Assembly: GCA_963674745.2 (NCBI GenBank)
Contig: CAXXDV010000003.1
Span: 1-64,000, forward strand
Reading direction: 5' to 3'
Source of the DNA: Desulfosudaceae bacterium
Lineage (GTDB): Bacteria; Desulfobacterota; Desulfobacteria; Desulfobacterales; Desulfosudaceae
Length of the DNA stretch: 64,000 nucleotides
Shown here: one piece after another, positions 29,223 through 37,531 of the stretch
Layout of the letters: every line of letters starts with the position of its first letter
Position numbering within the stretch: the first letter of the stretch is position 1
The notes under the pieces: model-generated
Told to the model about the DNA's origin: nothing
What the model saw: the letters and a program-made list of their open reading frames with translations, nothing else
Databases searched by the model: none
Translations under genes and position numbers: made by a program

Positions 29223-29269
29223 AATCAATATATTGTATTTTTCCAATTAATAAGCACCATATATTGTGT
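29223..29269. promoter_or_regulatory. Tandem NrdR-box-like operators upstream of intI
   Basis: AATCAATATATTGTAT (29223-29238) and GCACCATATATTGTGT (29254-29269), 31 bp apart; match acaCwAtATaTwGtgt. Confidence 0.6.
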
Positions 29270-29484
29270 GTAAAGAGGGGCGCATAATAAAAAACCGGAA
29301 TTAAAGAGTCGGTCTGTATAACATGCCAAATAGGGACAAAACACAGACCGGTTGAACAATGCTCAGCATGTCAAATGACGTTACATTTCTTATAATGGTT
29401 TGATAACAAAAGATATCGTTGATTTCTTCGAAATGATGTGATTTTATTTAATAACAACTTCAAATCTTCACAAAATCAGAAAAC

Positions 29485-29526
29485 GGGACAAAAGGCAGAC
29501 CGACTACATAATTACTAATGTTAAGT
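29485..29526 (+). other. Putative attI site
   Basis: G|TTAAGT at 29520-29526 is complementary to the inverse core ACTTAAC of the first attC; no attC palindrome upstream. Confidence 0.75.
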
Positions 29527-29806
29527 GCACTGATTCTGTACGGGAAAAAAATAAAAAAAAGAATTCTGGCGGAAAACGACATTCGTTGCCAAAATGGTAA
29601 TTGTCACCAAGTTGAATTTTTCGGCCAGTAAAGATAAATTGTAATTATGAACTGGCGCGGCCAGATGATTTTGCGCCTTTATTTGTCCGGATGAAAAGAG
29701 ACCTACCCGTTTTCATAAGTTCATGATGGACAAGGCGTAAAAAGAAAAAAATCATTTTAATTGATTTGCTCATGCTGTCGTTAAAGTCTTTCTGAATAAT
29801 GCGGGC
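29521..29806 (+). other. Cassette 1: gene-less cassette with putative promoter and long hairpin
   Basis: No + strand ORF of gene size; TTGAAT-17-TAAATT at 29612-29640; inverted repeats at 29665-29755. Confidence 0.65.
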
Positions 29807-29932
29807 ACTTAACCAAGCAGCCCAAATGACAGCCAGGGCATTCGGGTTTTGGATATACCGGGGGAATTGAACAGTAAACAACTTTAATAAAGGCAGTGGA
29901 AGCCCTGGCTGCTTTGGCTGCCGACGTTATGT
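29807..29932 (+). repeat. attC 1 (family A)
   Basis: ACTTAAC...CAGCCAGGGC/GCCCTGGCTG...GTTATGT. Confidence 0.9.
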
Positions 29933-29953
29933 GCCTCACGAAGCTAAAATTTT

Positions 29954-30298
29954 ATGCCTTTTAATGAACTTGAACTAAAAAGAATTGATAAATTTATCGG
30001 AGAAAGCTTCAGGAATCTGGTTCCGCTCGAAATTCAAAACAAATTGCGAAACGAAATTCGTATTGAAGGACAAAATGTCATAATTTCAGAGGTTCGCCCA
30101 CGATGGGATAACCCTGAAGAGTGGATTGTTTCAGATTTTGCAAAGCTTCGATATATAAGAAGTCAAAACGTTTGGAAACTTTATTGTAAGCGGGCAAGCG
30201 GTAAATGGATCTTTTACGAACCAAAAGGAGAAGCCAAAGATTTAAAAATTTTAGCGGATGAAATAGAAAAAGATAGATTCCACTATTTTTTTGGATAG
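29954..30298 (+). CDS. Cassette 2: DUF3024-family protein
   Basis: I.EVRPRW...AKL.Y.....WKLY..RA.GKW..Y.P...D....FFG. Confidence 0.85.
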   Translation: MPFNELELKRIDKFIGESFRNLVPLEIQNKLRNEIRIEGQNVIISEVRPRWDNPEEWIVSDFAKLRYIRSQNVWKLYCKRASGKWIFYEPKGEAKDLKILADEIEKDRFHYFFG

Positions 30299-30303
30299 TT
30301 GGC

Positions 30304-30430
30304 ACATAACCAACAAGCTCAAGTGGACAGCCAGGGCACTCGGGTTTTGAAATTTCGAGGGAATTGAACAACCATAATCTTTAACTAAGCTGGTGGAAAC
30401 CCTGGCTGCCATTGGCTTGAGACGTTCGAT
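30304..30430 (+). repeat. attC 2 (family A)
   Basis: ACATAAC...GTTCGAT palindrome. Confidence 0.9.
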
Positions 30431-30438
30431 GCATAAAA

Positions 30439-30831
30439 ATGTCATACAAAATGAATCAAAAACAATTTGATCAGGTTGTCTCATTATCATCGGAAAAACG
30501 ATATGCCCACTTTATATCGAAAACCACTGATTGGGAGGAGATCTGGACGCTAAAAGGCCCTGATGGTTTTGTATTATTTGGCGATCCATCTGGTCATGAG
30601 TGCGTTCCTCTATGGCCACATCCTGATTATGCGACAGCCTTCACAAATGGCGAATGGTCAAACTGTGCCGCAGAACGACTTGAATTAAGCGTTTTTTTAG
30701 AACGGTGGATACCAGGCATGATAAAAGATAAACGAATGGTAGCGGTATTCCCAACTCCGGATGAAAAAGGAATCGTTATTGACCCTCAGAAATTAAATGA
30801 AGATTTATCTGCGGAATCAGAAAAGTATTAA
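30439..30831 (+). CDS. Cassette 3: DUF2750-family protein
   Basis: RY.HFI....DWEEIW.L...G...P.WP..YA...W...FLE.WIPG. Confidence 0.85.
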   Translation: MSYKMNQKQFDQVVSLSSEKRYAHFISKTTDWEEIWTLKGPDGFVLFGDPSGHECVPLWPHPDYATAFTNGEWSNCAAERLELSVFLERWIPGMIKDKRMVAVFPTPDEKGIVIDPQKLNEDLSAESEKY

Positions 30832-30839
30832 TATGCGGC

Positions 30840-30966
30840 ATCGAACAATTCAGCGCAAGAGGATCGCCAGGGCACTCGGGTTTTGACTTCTGTGCTGAAT
30901 TGAATATGAACCGACTTTAAGACAGTCAGAGAAAGCCCTGGCGCCCTTTGGCTGAAGACGTTGAGT
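30840..30966 (+). repeat. attC 3 (family A)
   Basis: ATCGAAC...GTTGAGT palindrome. Confidence 0.9.
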
Positions 30967-30971
30967 GTAGA

Positions 30972-31337
30972 GTGAATATTTTCATTAAATTAGTACCGGT
31001 TATTTTTTTGATAATTTTTGGCTGCACTGATCCGTTCGATTTTGATGACCCGCAAAATTTTTGCGTAAGAGTTTTCAATGATACAGACAGAGAAGTAAGT
31101 ATATACTATGCTGTAGAAGATAATGATTATCATAACGAAGATGTAATAGTTAATCAGGAAAAAGAAACAATCCATGTCGGAGATCACGTGTTAATCGAAA
31201 TTCAAGCTATCTTTTGGGATGGTGAACTCACTGCTGAATATGGTGGTATATTAAATATATACGAAGTAGATGAGGAATTCCTTGGTTGCCGGGATATTCA
31301 TATTGAAGTTGATGATTTTATAGAACCAAACAAATAA
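30972..31337 (+). CDS. Cassette 4: acidic lipoprotein
   Basis: GTG start inside the cassette; lipobox-like IIFGC. Confidence 0.7.
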   Translation: MNIFIKLVPVIFLIIFGCTDPFDFDDPQNFCVRVFNDTDREVSIYYAVEDNDYHNEDVIVNQEKETIHVGDHVLIEIQAIFWDGELTAEYGGILNIYEVDEEFLGCRDIHIEVDDFIEPNK

Positions 31338-31344
31338 AATTTAC

Positions 31345-31472
31345 ACTCAACAATTCAGCGCAAAAGGATCGCCAGGGCATTCGGCTTTTGAACATTCGGG
31401 GGAAACTGAACATTAACCATTTTTAAGTCAGCTAGAGGAAGCCCTGGCGCCCTTTGGCTGAAGACGTTATAC
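31345..31472 (+). repeat. attC 4 (family A)
   Basis: ACTCAAC...GTTATAC palindrome. Confidence 0.9.
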
Positions 31473-31489
31473 ATCCGAGAGATAATGCT

Positions 31490-31888
31490 ATGCCTTTAAG
31501 CCATTTCGTTGAATCATATAAATTTTGGGACGTAGTTACGCTATGGGCAAAAGAGAAACTTGAACATGAAGACATCGTTGCAAGAGCTCTTGCCCGTGGA
31601 ATAATTCGAGATGGATTATTATTCCAAAGCATTGATACACGATGGACAAAAGGAAAAGAATTAGAATTCGATGGTGATCCATATGTTGGTTTCATCGCGA
31701 AACCAGAAGGTTTAATTATAGTGCTTCGGGCGGAAGTATTGGAACATTTATTGTCAATAGTCAGAACTGCAAAAAAACCTTCAAGGGATATAATCAAGGA
31801 CGAGTTTGTGTTGAGGGATGATTTTCATAATTGGATAATAGAAACAAAACAAACGCTCCCTCATTTTTGGTTTTCAGATAATCAATAA
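31490..31888 (+). CDS. Cassette 5: hypothetical protein
   Basis: ATG 31490; fills the cassette; ends LPHFWF. Confidence 0.75.
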   Translation: MPLSHFVESYKFWDVVTLWAKEKLEHEDIVARALARGIIRDGLLFQSIDTRWTKGKELEFDGDPYVGFIAKPEGLIIVLRAEVLEHLLSIVRTAKKPSRDIIKDEFVLRDDFHNWIIETKQTLPHFWFSDNQ

Positions 31889-31897
31889 ATAAAGGAT

Positions 31898-32020
31898 GTA
31901 TAACAACACCATGCACTTGACTCGCAGGGGCGAGCTGCTTTGAAAGTATCGTAGTTCGGTGTTAACGTGGCTTTGCAAAAGTCACCTTTCCCTGCTCCCA
32001 AGTGACGGTGGACGTTCGGC
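31898..32020 (+). repeat. attC 5 (family B, divergent)
   Basis: GTATAAC...GACTCGCAGGGG/CCCTGC...GTTCGGC. Confidence 0.85.
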
Positions 32021-32036
32021 ATCAAATGAAAATATA

Positions 32037-32444
32037 ATGGAGCAAATTAAAACAGAAAACCAGATCGCAATCGAGAAAATTTCTGCTGGATTAAAAGATT
32101 TATCCCTATCGGTATTTTTGATGACAATTGCCCTTGGAGTCTTATTCTATATCATTTATCATAATGATTTAGATACTCGTAAGGGAGAATATTTGTTATT
32201 TTATTCTCTTGTTCCATTTGGTGCGACATTGATACTATCGATAATATCAATCTACAAAATTGGAAAAACTTTACAGAAGAATGTTGATGTTTGGTTTTTG
32301 GCCAGTATTATCTTTCCGATAGTTATTTTTATTGCGATACTTTATTTCTTTATCATCGCAGTTTTCCAAATAATAAAATTAAAATTAAGCAAGGATGCCG
32401 AACAAGGCAGCGCAAAAAGACAACCAGGGCAGGTGCGTTTCTGA
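32037..32444 (+). CDS. Cassette 6: membrane protein (reads into attC)
   Basis: Three hydrophobic segments; ATG 32037. Confidence 0.7.
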   Translation: MEQIKTENQIAIEKISAGLKDLSLSVFLMTIALGVLFYIIYHNDLDTRKGEYLLFYSLVPFGATLILSIISIYKIGKTLQKNVDVWFLASIIFPIVIFIAILYFFIIAVFQIIKLKLSKDAEQGSAKRQPGQVRF

Positions 32445-32524
32445 ACATTCGGGGGAATTGAATATCAAACAACTTTAAGGAAGGCGGAGGACGCCCTGGC
32501 TGCTTTTGGCTGCCGCCGTTATAT
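32397..32524 (+). repeat. attC 6 (family A)
   Basis: GCCGAAC...GTTATAT palindrome. Confidence 0.88.
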
Positions 32525-32546
32525 TTTAAAGGGTAAATAAATTATT

Positions 32547-32996
32547 ATGGCCTTGAGCCTTTCCGAAAGAATGGACTTGTTCCAAAGATTTAAGGATAAG
32601 GACATTGATAAGTTGCTCAAATTATCAGTAACTTTTAAGGCCAACAAAAATTATGATAAGGCCCACCTTACTGATTTGCTGATAAAAATTAAAACCCAGG
32701 ATATTGATGGCTTAAAACGGCTAACCAAAGAATTATCACGTTCTGGAGCTTTGATGGAATCAGTTTATGCTGATTCTCTGTTACAAGAAAAATTATCGAG
32801 AAAAACAGAAGAAAGAAAACAAGCGAAAAAACAGAAAAAGATGGCCAAGCGCGAGAAGAAAGAAGAACCCGAAGAAGATAAGTCTATACCGCCATTTGGG
32901 CTAACAGATGAGGTTTATGAGGCTATGTCGAAAAGAATTGCACTTAACTCACAAAGACATAAGGACAGGATAAAAGGAGCCTCAGAGACAGAATAA
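32547..32996 (+). CDS. Cassette 7: basic, coiled-coil-like hypothetical protein
   Basis: 149 aa, Lys/Glu rich, fills the cassette. Confidence 0.75.
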   Translation: MALSLSERMDLFQRFKDKDIDKLLKLSVTFKANKNYDKAHLTDLLIKIKTQDIDGLKRLTKELSRSGALMESVYADSLLQEKLSRKTEERKQAKKQKKMAKREKKEEPEEDKSIPPFGLTDEVYEAMSKRIALNSQRHKDRIKGASETE

Positions 32997-32997
32997 A

Positions 32998-33121
32998 ATA
33001 TAACAACGCCACTCACACAGACTCGCAGGGGCGCCCTGCCTTAGTTTTTGCATAGTGTGGTGTTGAACTAACATTTAAGAAGTCCGCAAACCCTGCTCGC
33101 CGGTGGTGGCGGACGTTATAT
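32998..33121 (+). repeat. attC 7 (family B)
   Basis: ATATAAC AACGCCAC...GTGGCGGAC GTTATAT. Confidence 0.92.
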
Positions 33122-33178
33122 GCTTTAATTGATTTTCTTTAAAGAAATTCTGCTCTTGTGGATATATAATGACAAAGT

Positions 33179-33436
33179 ATGATTGAGACTAAATCAGACT
33201 TTCGGGAACAAAAGGGATTTAAATCCGACGATCTTGTGTGCCATTGCTTTGGGTACACGAAAAAAGATATTGAATTTGACCTGAAGGAAAATGGCAAATC
33301 CCTTATCCTTGAGAGAATAGCTCTTGAGAAAAAAGCTGGCGGATGTAATTGCGTTTCGAAAAACCCATGTGGCGAATGATGTTTAGCTGATGTCCGCCAG
33401 GTGGTGGAATCATTTAAAAAGAAAAACAGCATATAA
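33179..33436 (+). CDS. Cassette 8: BFD-like/CopZ-associated Fe-S/metal-binding probable selenoprotein (UGA 33377-33379 read as Sec)
   Basis: VCHCFGYT...CNC...NPCGE(UGA)CLADV; SECIS-like hairpin at 33388-33412; next stop TAA lies in the attC inverse core. Confidence 0.8.
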
Positions 33437-33554
33437 CAACACGTTGGTGAGGGACCGCAAGGGGCGGTCGGTTTTGGCACTTATCAAATAATTCAAAAAC
33501 GTGTCTTCGGCGGCGGCCCGTTTCCCTTGCGGCCCCACACCGTGGACGTTAGGA
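33431..33554 (+). repeat. attC 8 (family B-related, divergent)
   Basis: ATATAAC...CCGCAAGGG/CCCTTGCGG...GTTAGGA. Confidence 0.85.
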
Positions 33555-33566
33555 ATATAATATTTT

Positions 33567-34031
33567 ATGAAGCTACCCGACATGTTGATGGCTTTAATCC
33601 TTATTGCGCTTGGCTCTTTCCTTTTTATGGTTTCATATCATCATCTAAATAATTCAAAAGCCACAGAAAAATGGGTAAAACATAAAGGAGTTGTTTTAAA
33701 TATTGATTACGAGCGTACCTCAATGGGACGTAGAATTAGCAATAGTCCTGTTGTTAAATACAAGTACGAAGTAGATGGAAAAACTTTTCGATCAAATGAC
33801 AGGGAGTTCCCGGATGGGCTAGAAGATGAGGATATATTTGGGCTATATAAAAAGGATAATATAATTGCAATCTACTATAATCCGAATAAACATGCTGAAT
33901 CCTCGCTATTTATTGGCACTAATACAATGAATTATATTTTTCTGTGTTTTTCAGCAATTATTGCTATTGTCGGATTGTTGTTTTTATTTTTTATAGCCAT
34001 TAAAGCAAAAATACAGAGTATGAATTCCTAA
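33567..34031 (+). CDS. Cassette 9: DUF3592-like membrane protein
   Basis: TM, W...G.V, Y.Y.VDG, YYNP..H.ES.L, TM; stop in the attC core. Confidence 0.8.
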   Translation: MKLPDMLMALILIALGSFLFMVSYHHLNNSKATEKWVKHKGVVLNIDYERTSMGRRISNSPVVKYKYEVDGKTFRSNDREFPDGLEDEDIFGLYKKDNIIAIYYNPNKHAESSLFIGTNTMNYIFLCFSAIIAIVGLLFLFFIAIKAKIQSMNS

Positions 34032-34153
34032 CAAGGCATCGCAAGAGGATCGCCAGGGCACTCGGGTTTTGAACATTCGAAGAAAATTGGCCATAATACA
34101 ACTTTAAGTCAGTCGGAGTAAGCCCTGGCGCCCTTTGGCTGCCGACGTTATAT
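34026..34153 (+). repeat. attC 9 (family A)
   Basis: TCCTAAC...GTTATAT palindrome. Confidence 0.9.
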
Positions 34154-34158
34154 GCAAT

Positions 34159-34458
34159 ATGAATGATACAAATATCAAAAATTTGAAAGAAGCTGTTGGC
34201 TTGGCATGTGACGCATCGTACACGCCAAATATTTTGAAGGGGAGAGATATTATTCTCTCAATGCCAAAAAAATGGGTTCTTGAAAATATCGAAAATGTTG
34301 CGGCGGAAACGCTGAACTTATCCGACGAATGGCATTTTAGGCGGCTTCTGGAAGTTTACGAAACCCTTGATCAAGATTTGGTTACAAAATTAGTTGAGTT
34401 TGGTCTTAAAAGCACAAACGAAGAAATCGTTGAAGCCGCAACTGATTTTAAGAAATAA
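34159..34458 (+). CDS. Cassette 10: small helical hypothetical protein
   Basis: ATG 34159; DEW.FRRLLE...EI.EAA.DF. Confidence 0.75.
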   Translation: MNDTNIKNLKEAVGLACDASYTPNILKGRDIILSMPKKWVLENIENVAAETLNLSDEWHFRRLLEVYETLDQDLVTKLVEFGLKSTNEEIVEAATDFKK

Positions 34459-34467
34459 TATTTTTGC

Positions 34468-34591
34468 ATATAACAACGCCACCCACACGGACTCGCAGGG
34501 GCGGGCCGCCTTGGCTTTGGCGTATTTTGGAGTTAAACTCACTTTAGCGAAGTCCGCAAGCCCTGCTCGCCGGTGGTGGCGGACGTTAGAC
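34468..34591 (+). repeat. attC 10 (family B)
   Basis: ATATAAC...GTTAGAC; body identical by eye to attC 14. Confidence 0.92.
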
Positions 34592-34592
34592 C

Positions 34593-34949
34593 TTGAAAAT
34601 TATTTTTATGGGCATCCACCTCCTTACCCGATATCGACGAAAACTATATTTTGTTCTGGGTTTTTTTCTTATTGTTTATGCACTTAATATTTTTGTTTTT
34701 GCAAAAAATCTCAGAGAATTTACATATATGTCATTTTGGTTGTTCATGTTCCCTGGTTATATTACAGGATATCTGTTACTGCTGGTCGCTTTAGAATTTA
34801 CATTGAGAGGAAAAAGAGGAAAATATTTACGAACGGTCGAGAATATTTTTTTAGGAGTATTTTTTTGTGCATTAACAATAATCTTTTTACTCTCTGCATG
34901 GCACTTCGGTGGCGTAGGATATGTTTGGAATATAATAATGCCGGTCTAA
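34593..34949 (+). CDS. Cassette 11: membrane protein
   Basis: Three hydrophobic segments; stop in the attC core; start uncertain. Confidence 0.7.
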   Translation: MKIIFMGIHLLTRYRRKLYFVLGFFLIVYALNIFVFAKNLREFTYMSFWLFMFPGYITGYLLLLVALEFTLRGKRGKYLRTVENIFLGVFFCALTIIFLLSAWHFGGVGYVWNIIMPV

Positions 34950-35067
34950 CAACGCCACTCACGCAGACTCGCAGGGGCGGGCCGCCTTGGATTTGGCGTA
35001 ATTTTGAGTTAAACTCACTTTAAAGAAGTCCGCAAACCCTGCTCGCCGGTGGTGGCGGACGTTGTGC
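34944..35067 (+). repeat. attC 11 (family B)
   Basis: GTCTAAC...GTTGTGC palindrome. Confidence 0.92.
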
Positions 35068-35085
35068 AGCATAAAACGGTATTCT

Positions 35086-35673
35086 ATGCGAAAAATATTA
35101 TTAATCTTAATTCCGTGCTTAACTCTTTATGCTTGTGGGTCAGGTTCACCGGTTTACACTGTGATGGAAGGTAGTGAAGCTATCATTACTCAAAAGGGAG
35201 AAATAGTTAGAGGCCCTGTTAAACCCGGGCTTCATTTTAAATTACCTTTTGCCGAAAACGTTCATGAATTTAAAGTATGCAGAATTGAACAAATACCGAT
35301 AAAATTAAACAGTTTTCCTGAATATACTGCTTCTATTCTCTGGAAAATCCAAGAGCCAAAGGCTTTTTATTATGCCACTCGAGATAAAGACATAAAAATA
35401 GTTTTAGATAGTCTCTCAGATAAATTTCAAAAGGCGCTAAAGAACATTGAAACTGATAAGATTGCACAAATCGCTGAGGGACAGGAAAGCGATTGCAACT
35501 ATTCAAATCATATGTACGAAAATATTAAAGAGAGCATACAAAGCCAAGCCAAATCGATTGGTATAGAAATCTATAGTATAATTTTTAAAAAAGTTAATGC
35601 GGCTGCACAACAACGCCACTCACACGGACTCGCAGGGGCGGCCTGCCTTAGTTTTAGCATAGTGTGGTGTTGA
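35086..35673 (+). CDS. Cassette 12: SPFH/HflC-like lipoprotein (reads into attC)
   Basis: Lipobox LYAC; V.EG..AIIT..G...PGLHFKLPF; WKI..P..FY; GIEI. Confidence 0.75.
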   Translation: MRKILLILIPCLTLYACGSGSPVYTVMEGSEAIITQKGEIVRGPVKPGLHFKLPFAENVHEFKVCRIEQIPIKLNSFPEYTASILWKIQEPKAFYYATRDKDIKIVLDSLSDKFQKALKNIETDKIAQIAEGQESDCNYSNHMYENIKESIQSQAKSIGIEIYSIIFKKVNAAAQQRHSHGLAGAACLSFSIVWC

Positions 35674-35728
35674 ACTAACCCTTAAAAAGTCCGCAAACCC
35701 TGCTCGCCGGTGGTGGCGGACGTTATAT
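35605..35728 (+). repeat. attC 12 (family B)
   Basis: GCACAAC...GTTATAT palindrome. Confidence 0.92.
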
Positions 35729-35761
35729 GCTTTGAACTTAAATGCACAAAAATAATTTCAC

Positions 35762-36142
35762 ATGTTCAAAAAAAGATTACTAAACATTCAATGTCCAGAT
35801 TGTAGTGGAGAATTCGATCTGAACTCCGAAGCGATGAAGCAAAGAAAAAACCGTCGTAATTTTTTTTATTTATCTGAAATTGAATGTCCATTATGCAATT
35901 CTATTTTAATTCCAAATATAAATGCCAGAAGAAGAGCCATTTTCATGTTATCACTTTTTGTTCTTGCTTTTATATGGATTATTTTGGGAGTTATTTCCGA
36001 TCTGACAAGCTTTGGGATCAATTATAATTTATATAAATACGTATCAATTTCTCTTTTGGGTTTATTTGGTTTTGCTACCATATATATTAGATTTAAATAT
36101 TCTACATATGAACTAATAAGTAGAAAGAATAATGGCATATAA
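35762..36142 (+). CDS. Cassette 13: zinc-ribbon, 2-TM protein
   Basis: CPDC...CPLC followed by two TM segments; stop in the attC core. Confidence 0.75.
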   Translation: MFKKRLLNIQCPDCSGEFDLNSEAMKQRKNRRNFFYLSEIECPLCNSILIPNINARRRAIFMLSLFVLAFIWIILGVISDLTSFGINYNLYKYVSISLLGLFGFATIYIRFKYSTYELISRKNNGI

Positions 36143-36261
36143 CAACGCCACTCACCCGGACTCGCAGGGGCGGTCGGTTTTGGGTTTTAGCATAGTGTGG
36201 TGTTAAACGAACATTTAAGAAGTCCGCATCCCCTGCTCGCCGGTGGTGGCGGACGTTATAT
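36137..36261 (+). repeat. attC 13 (family B)
   Basis: ATATAAC...GTTATAT palindrome. Confidence 0.92.
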
Positions 36262-36345
36262 TTTTTATAAAGATGAAATTGATGAGATAGTACTGATTTT
36301 TTGGCTATTGATATTTAAAACTAAAAGCGAATTGGAACAATTGTT

Positions 36346-36609
36346 TTGATAGCCGAATACAAATCCAAAGCAAATATTGGTGTAGGAGTAGGTTTTCTCC
36401 TTCAAGCGTTGAGCATTGTAATGCCCCGTTTCGGAAATGCCGGGGAGTTGATCGGCACTATATTTGCCGCGGTAGGAGGAATTCTCTTCCTATGGGGCTG
36501 TTGTATGTATGCGAAAGGCAAGGGACATCACAGCGCATGGGGTTTGCTTGCATTTTTGTCGCTTCCTGGATTATTGGTCTTGGTTCTTTTTAAAGACGAG
36601 CATAAGTAA
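36346..36609 (+). CDS. Cassette 14: small membrane protein
   Basis: WGC..YAKGKGH...WGLL...GLLVL...D. Confidence 0.75.
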   Translation: MIAEYKSKANIGVGVGFLLQALSIVMPRFGNAGELIGTIFAAVGGILFLWGCCMYAKGKGHHSAWGLLAFLSLPGLLVLVLFKDEHK

Positions 36610-36622
36610 ATTATTCCGAAAA

Positions 36623-36746
36623 ATATAACAACGCCACCCACACGGACTCGCAGGGGCGGGCCGCCTTGGCTTTGGCGTATTTTGGAGTTAAACTCACTTT
36701 AGCGAAGTCCGCAAGCCCTGCTCGCCGGTGGTGGCGGACGTTAGCT
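36623..36746 (+). repeat. attC 14 (family B)
   Basis: ATATAAC...GTTAGCT palindrome. Confidence 0.92.
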
Positions 36747-36757
36747 TTATAAAGTCG

Positions 36758-37201
36758 ATGATAAAAAAATATTTCATATCTGCTTTTTGGGGGCTATTCG
36801 CAGTACTGATACCTTATTCCGTTTTGGTTTTCATTGTTGGAAAGTACACCCCGTCAAATATTTATGGATTAGTTGCCAGTATTTTAGCCCTGATGATAGG
36901 TTTCATTCTCTTGTTTTGTGGGGGGTATATTTCCGGAAGTCTGCTTGGAAACGAAAAAAATGAACGAATTGAAATTTTGAAATTATTACTGGTGACACCT
37001 GGTTTATACATAAGCATTTTTGCCTTTGTGTATATTTCTTTTTGTGATCGTCATAATGTTTTTCAATTTTTTATGATGCTCTTTTTGATATTTTTTTCAA
37101 CGATGGGATCATTTTTGGGATATAAAAACAAATCAAAAGCTAACAAGGCATCGCAAGAGGATCGCCAGGGCACTCGGGTTTTGGACAATTTTGGGGATTG
37201 A
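36758..37201 (+). CDS. Cassette 15: 4-TM membrane protein (reads into attC)
   Basis: ATG 36758; four hydrophobic segments. Confidence 0.7.
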   Translation: MIKKYFISAFWGLFAVLIPYSVLVFIVGKYTPSNIYGLVASILALMIGFILLFCGGYISGSLLGNEKNERIEILKLLLVTPGLYISIFAFVYISFCDRHNVFQFFMMLFLIFFSTMGSFLGYKNKSKANKASQEDRQGTRVLDNFGD

Positions 37202-37264
37202 ACTTAAAACACCTTTAAGGCAGTCAGAGAAAGCCCTGGCGCCCTTTGGCTGCCGCCGTTGTGC
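37138..37264 (+). repeat. attC 15 (family A)
   Basis: AGCTAAC...GTTGTGC palindrome. Confidence 0.9.
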
Positions 37265-37531
37265 GTATAAAACGCTTTTTGGAAAATCGAGCTACTCGAT
37301 AATTTTTGGCAGGATGAATTTGAAACAAAGGGGGAAAAAGATATAATTTTCATCTTTGCGAATGAACCACCGGCATCGATCAGATCATGCGTTTCTGATC
37401 AGCCGGAAATTGGATTTTTTGAATTCGCCAGTCAATCCGGAAAAGATGAAAAACGGTTTCTGTAATTTTTTGCAAAACTTTGTAACGAAAAGCCCTGCAA
37501 ATTTTTGTGAATCACTATAAAATATATTTTC
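37259..37531 (+). other. Cassette 16: gene-less cassette with promoter and branched secondary structure
   Basis: No ORF of 60 aa or more on either strand; TTGAAA-16-TATAAT at 37320-37347; nested inverted repeats at 37347-37452. Confidence 0.7.

Noticed and set aside
29314..29329. LexA box CTGTATAACATGCCAA upstream of intI
   Set aside because: Right half-site is poor and the E. coli-type motif may not apply to this lineage; kept only as an alternative to the NrdR hypothesis.
30948..36757. ORF starts inside attC (MAEDV, MAADV, MVADV) as a conserved leader peptide
   Set aside because: Only some cassettes are in frame with this TTG/GTG, as expected by chance; each has its own downstream start.
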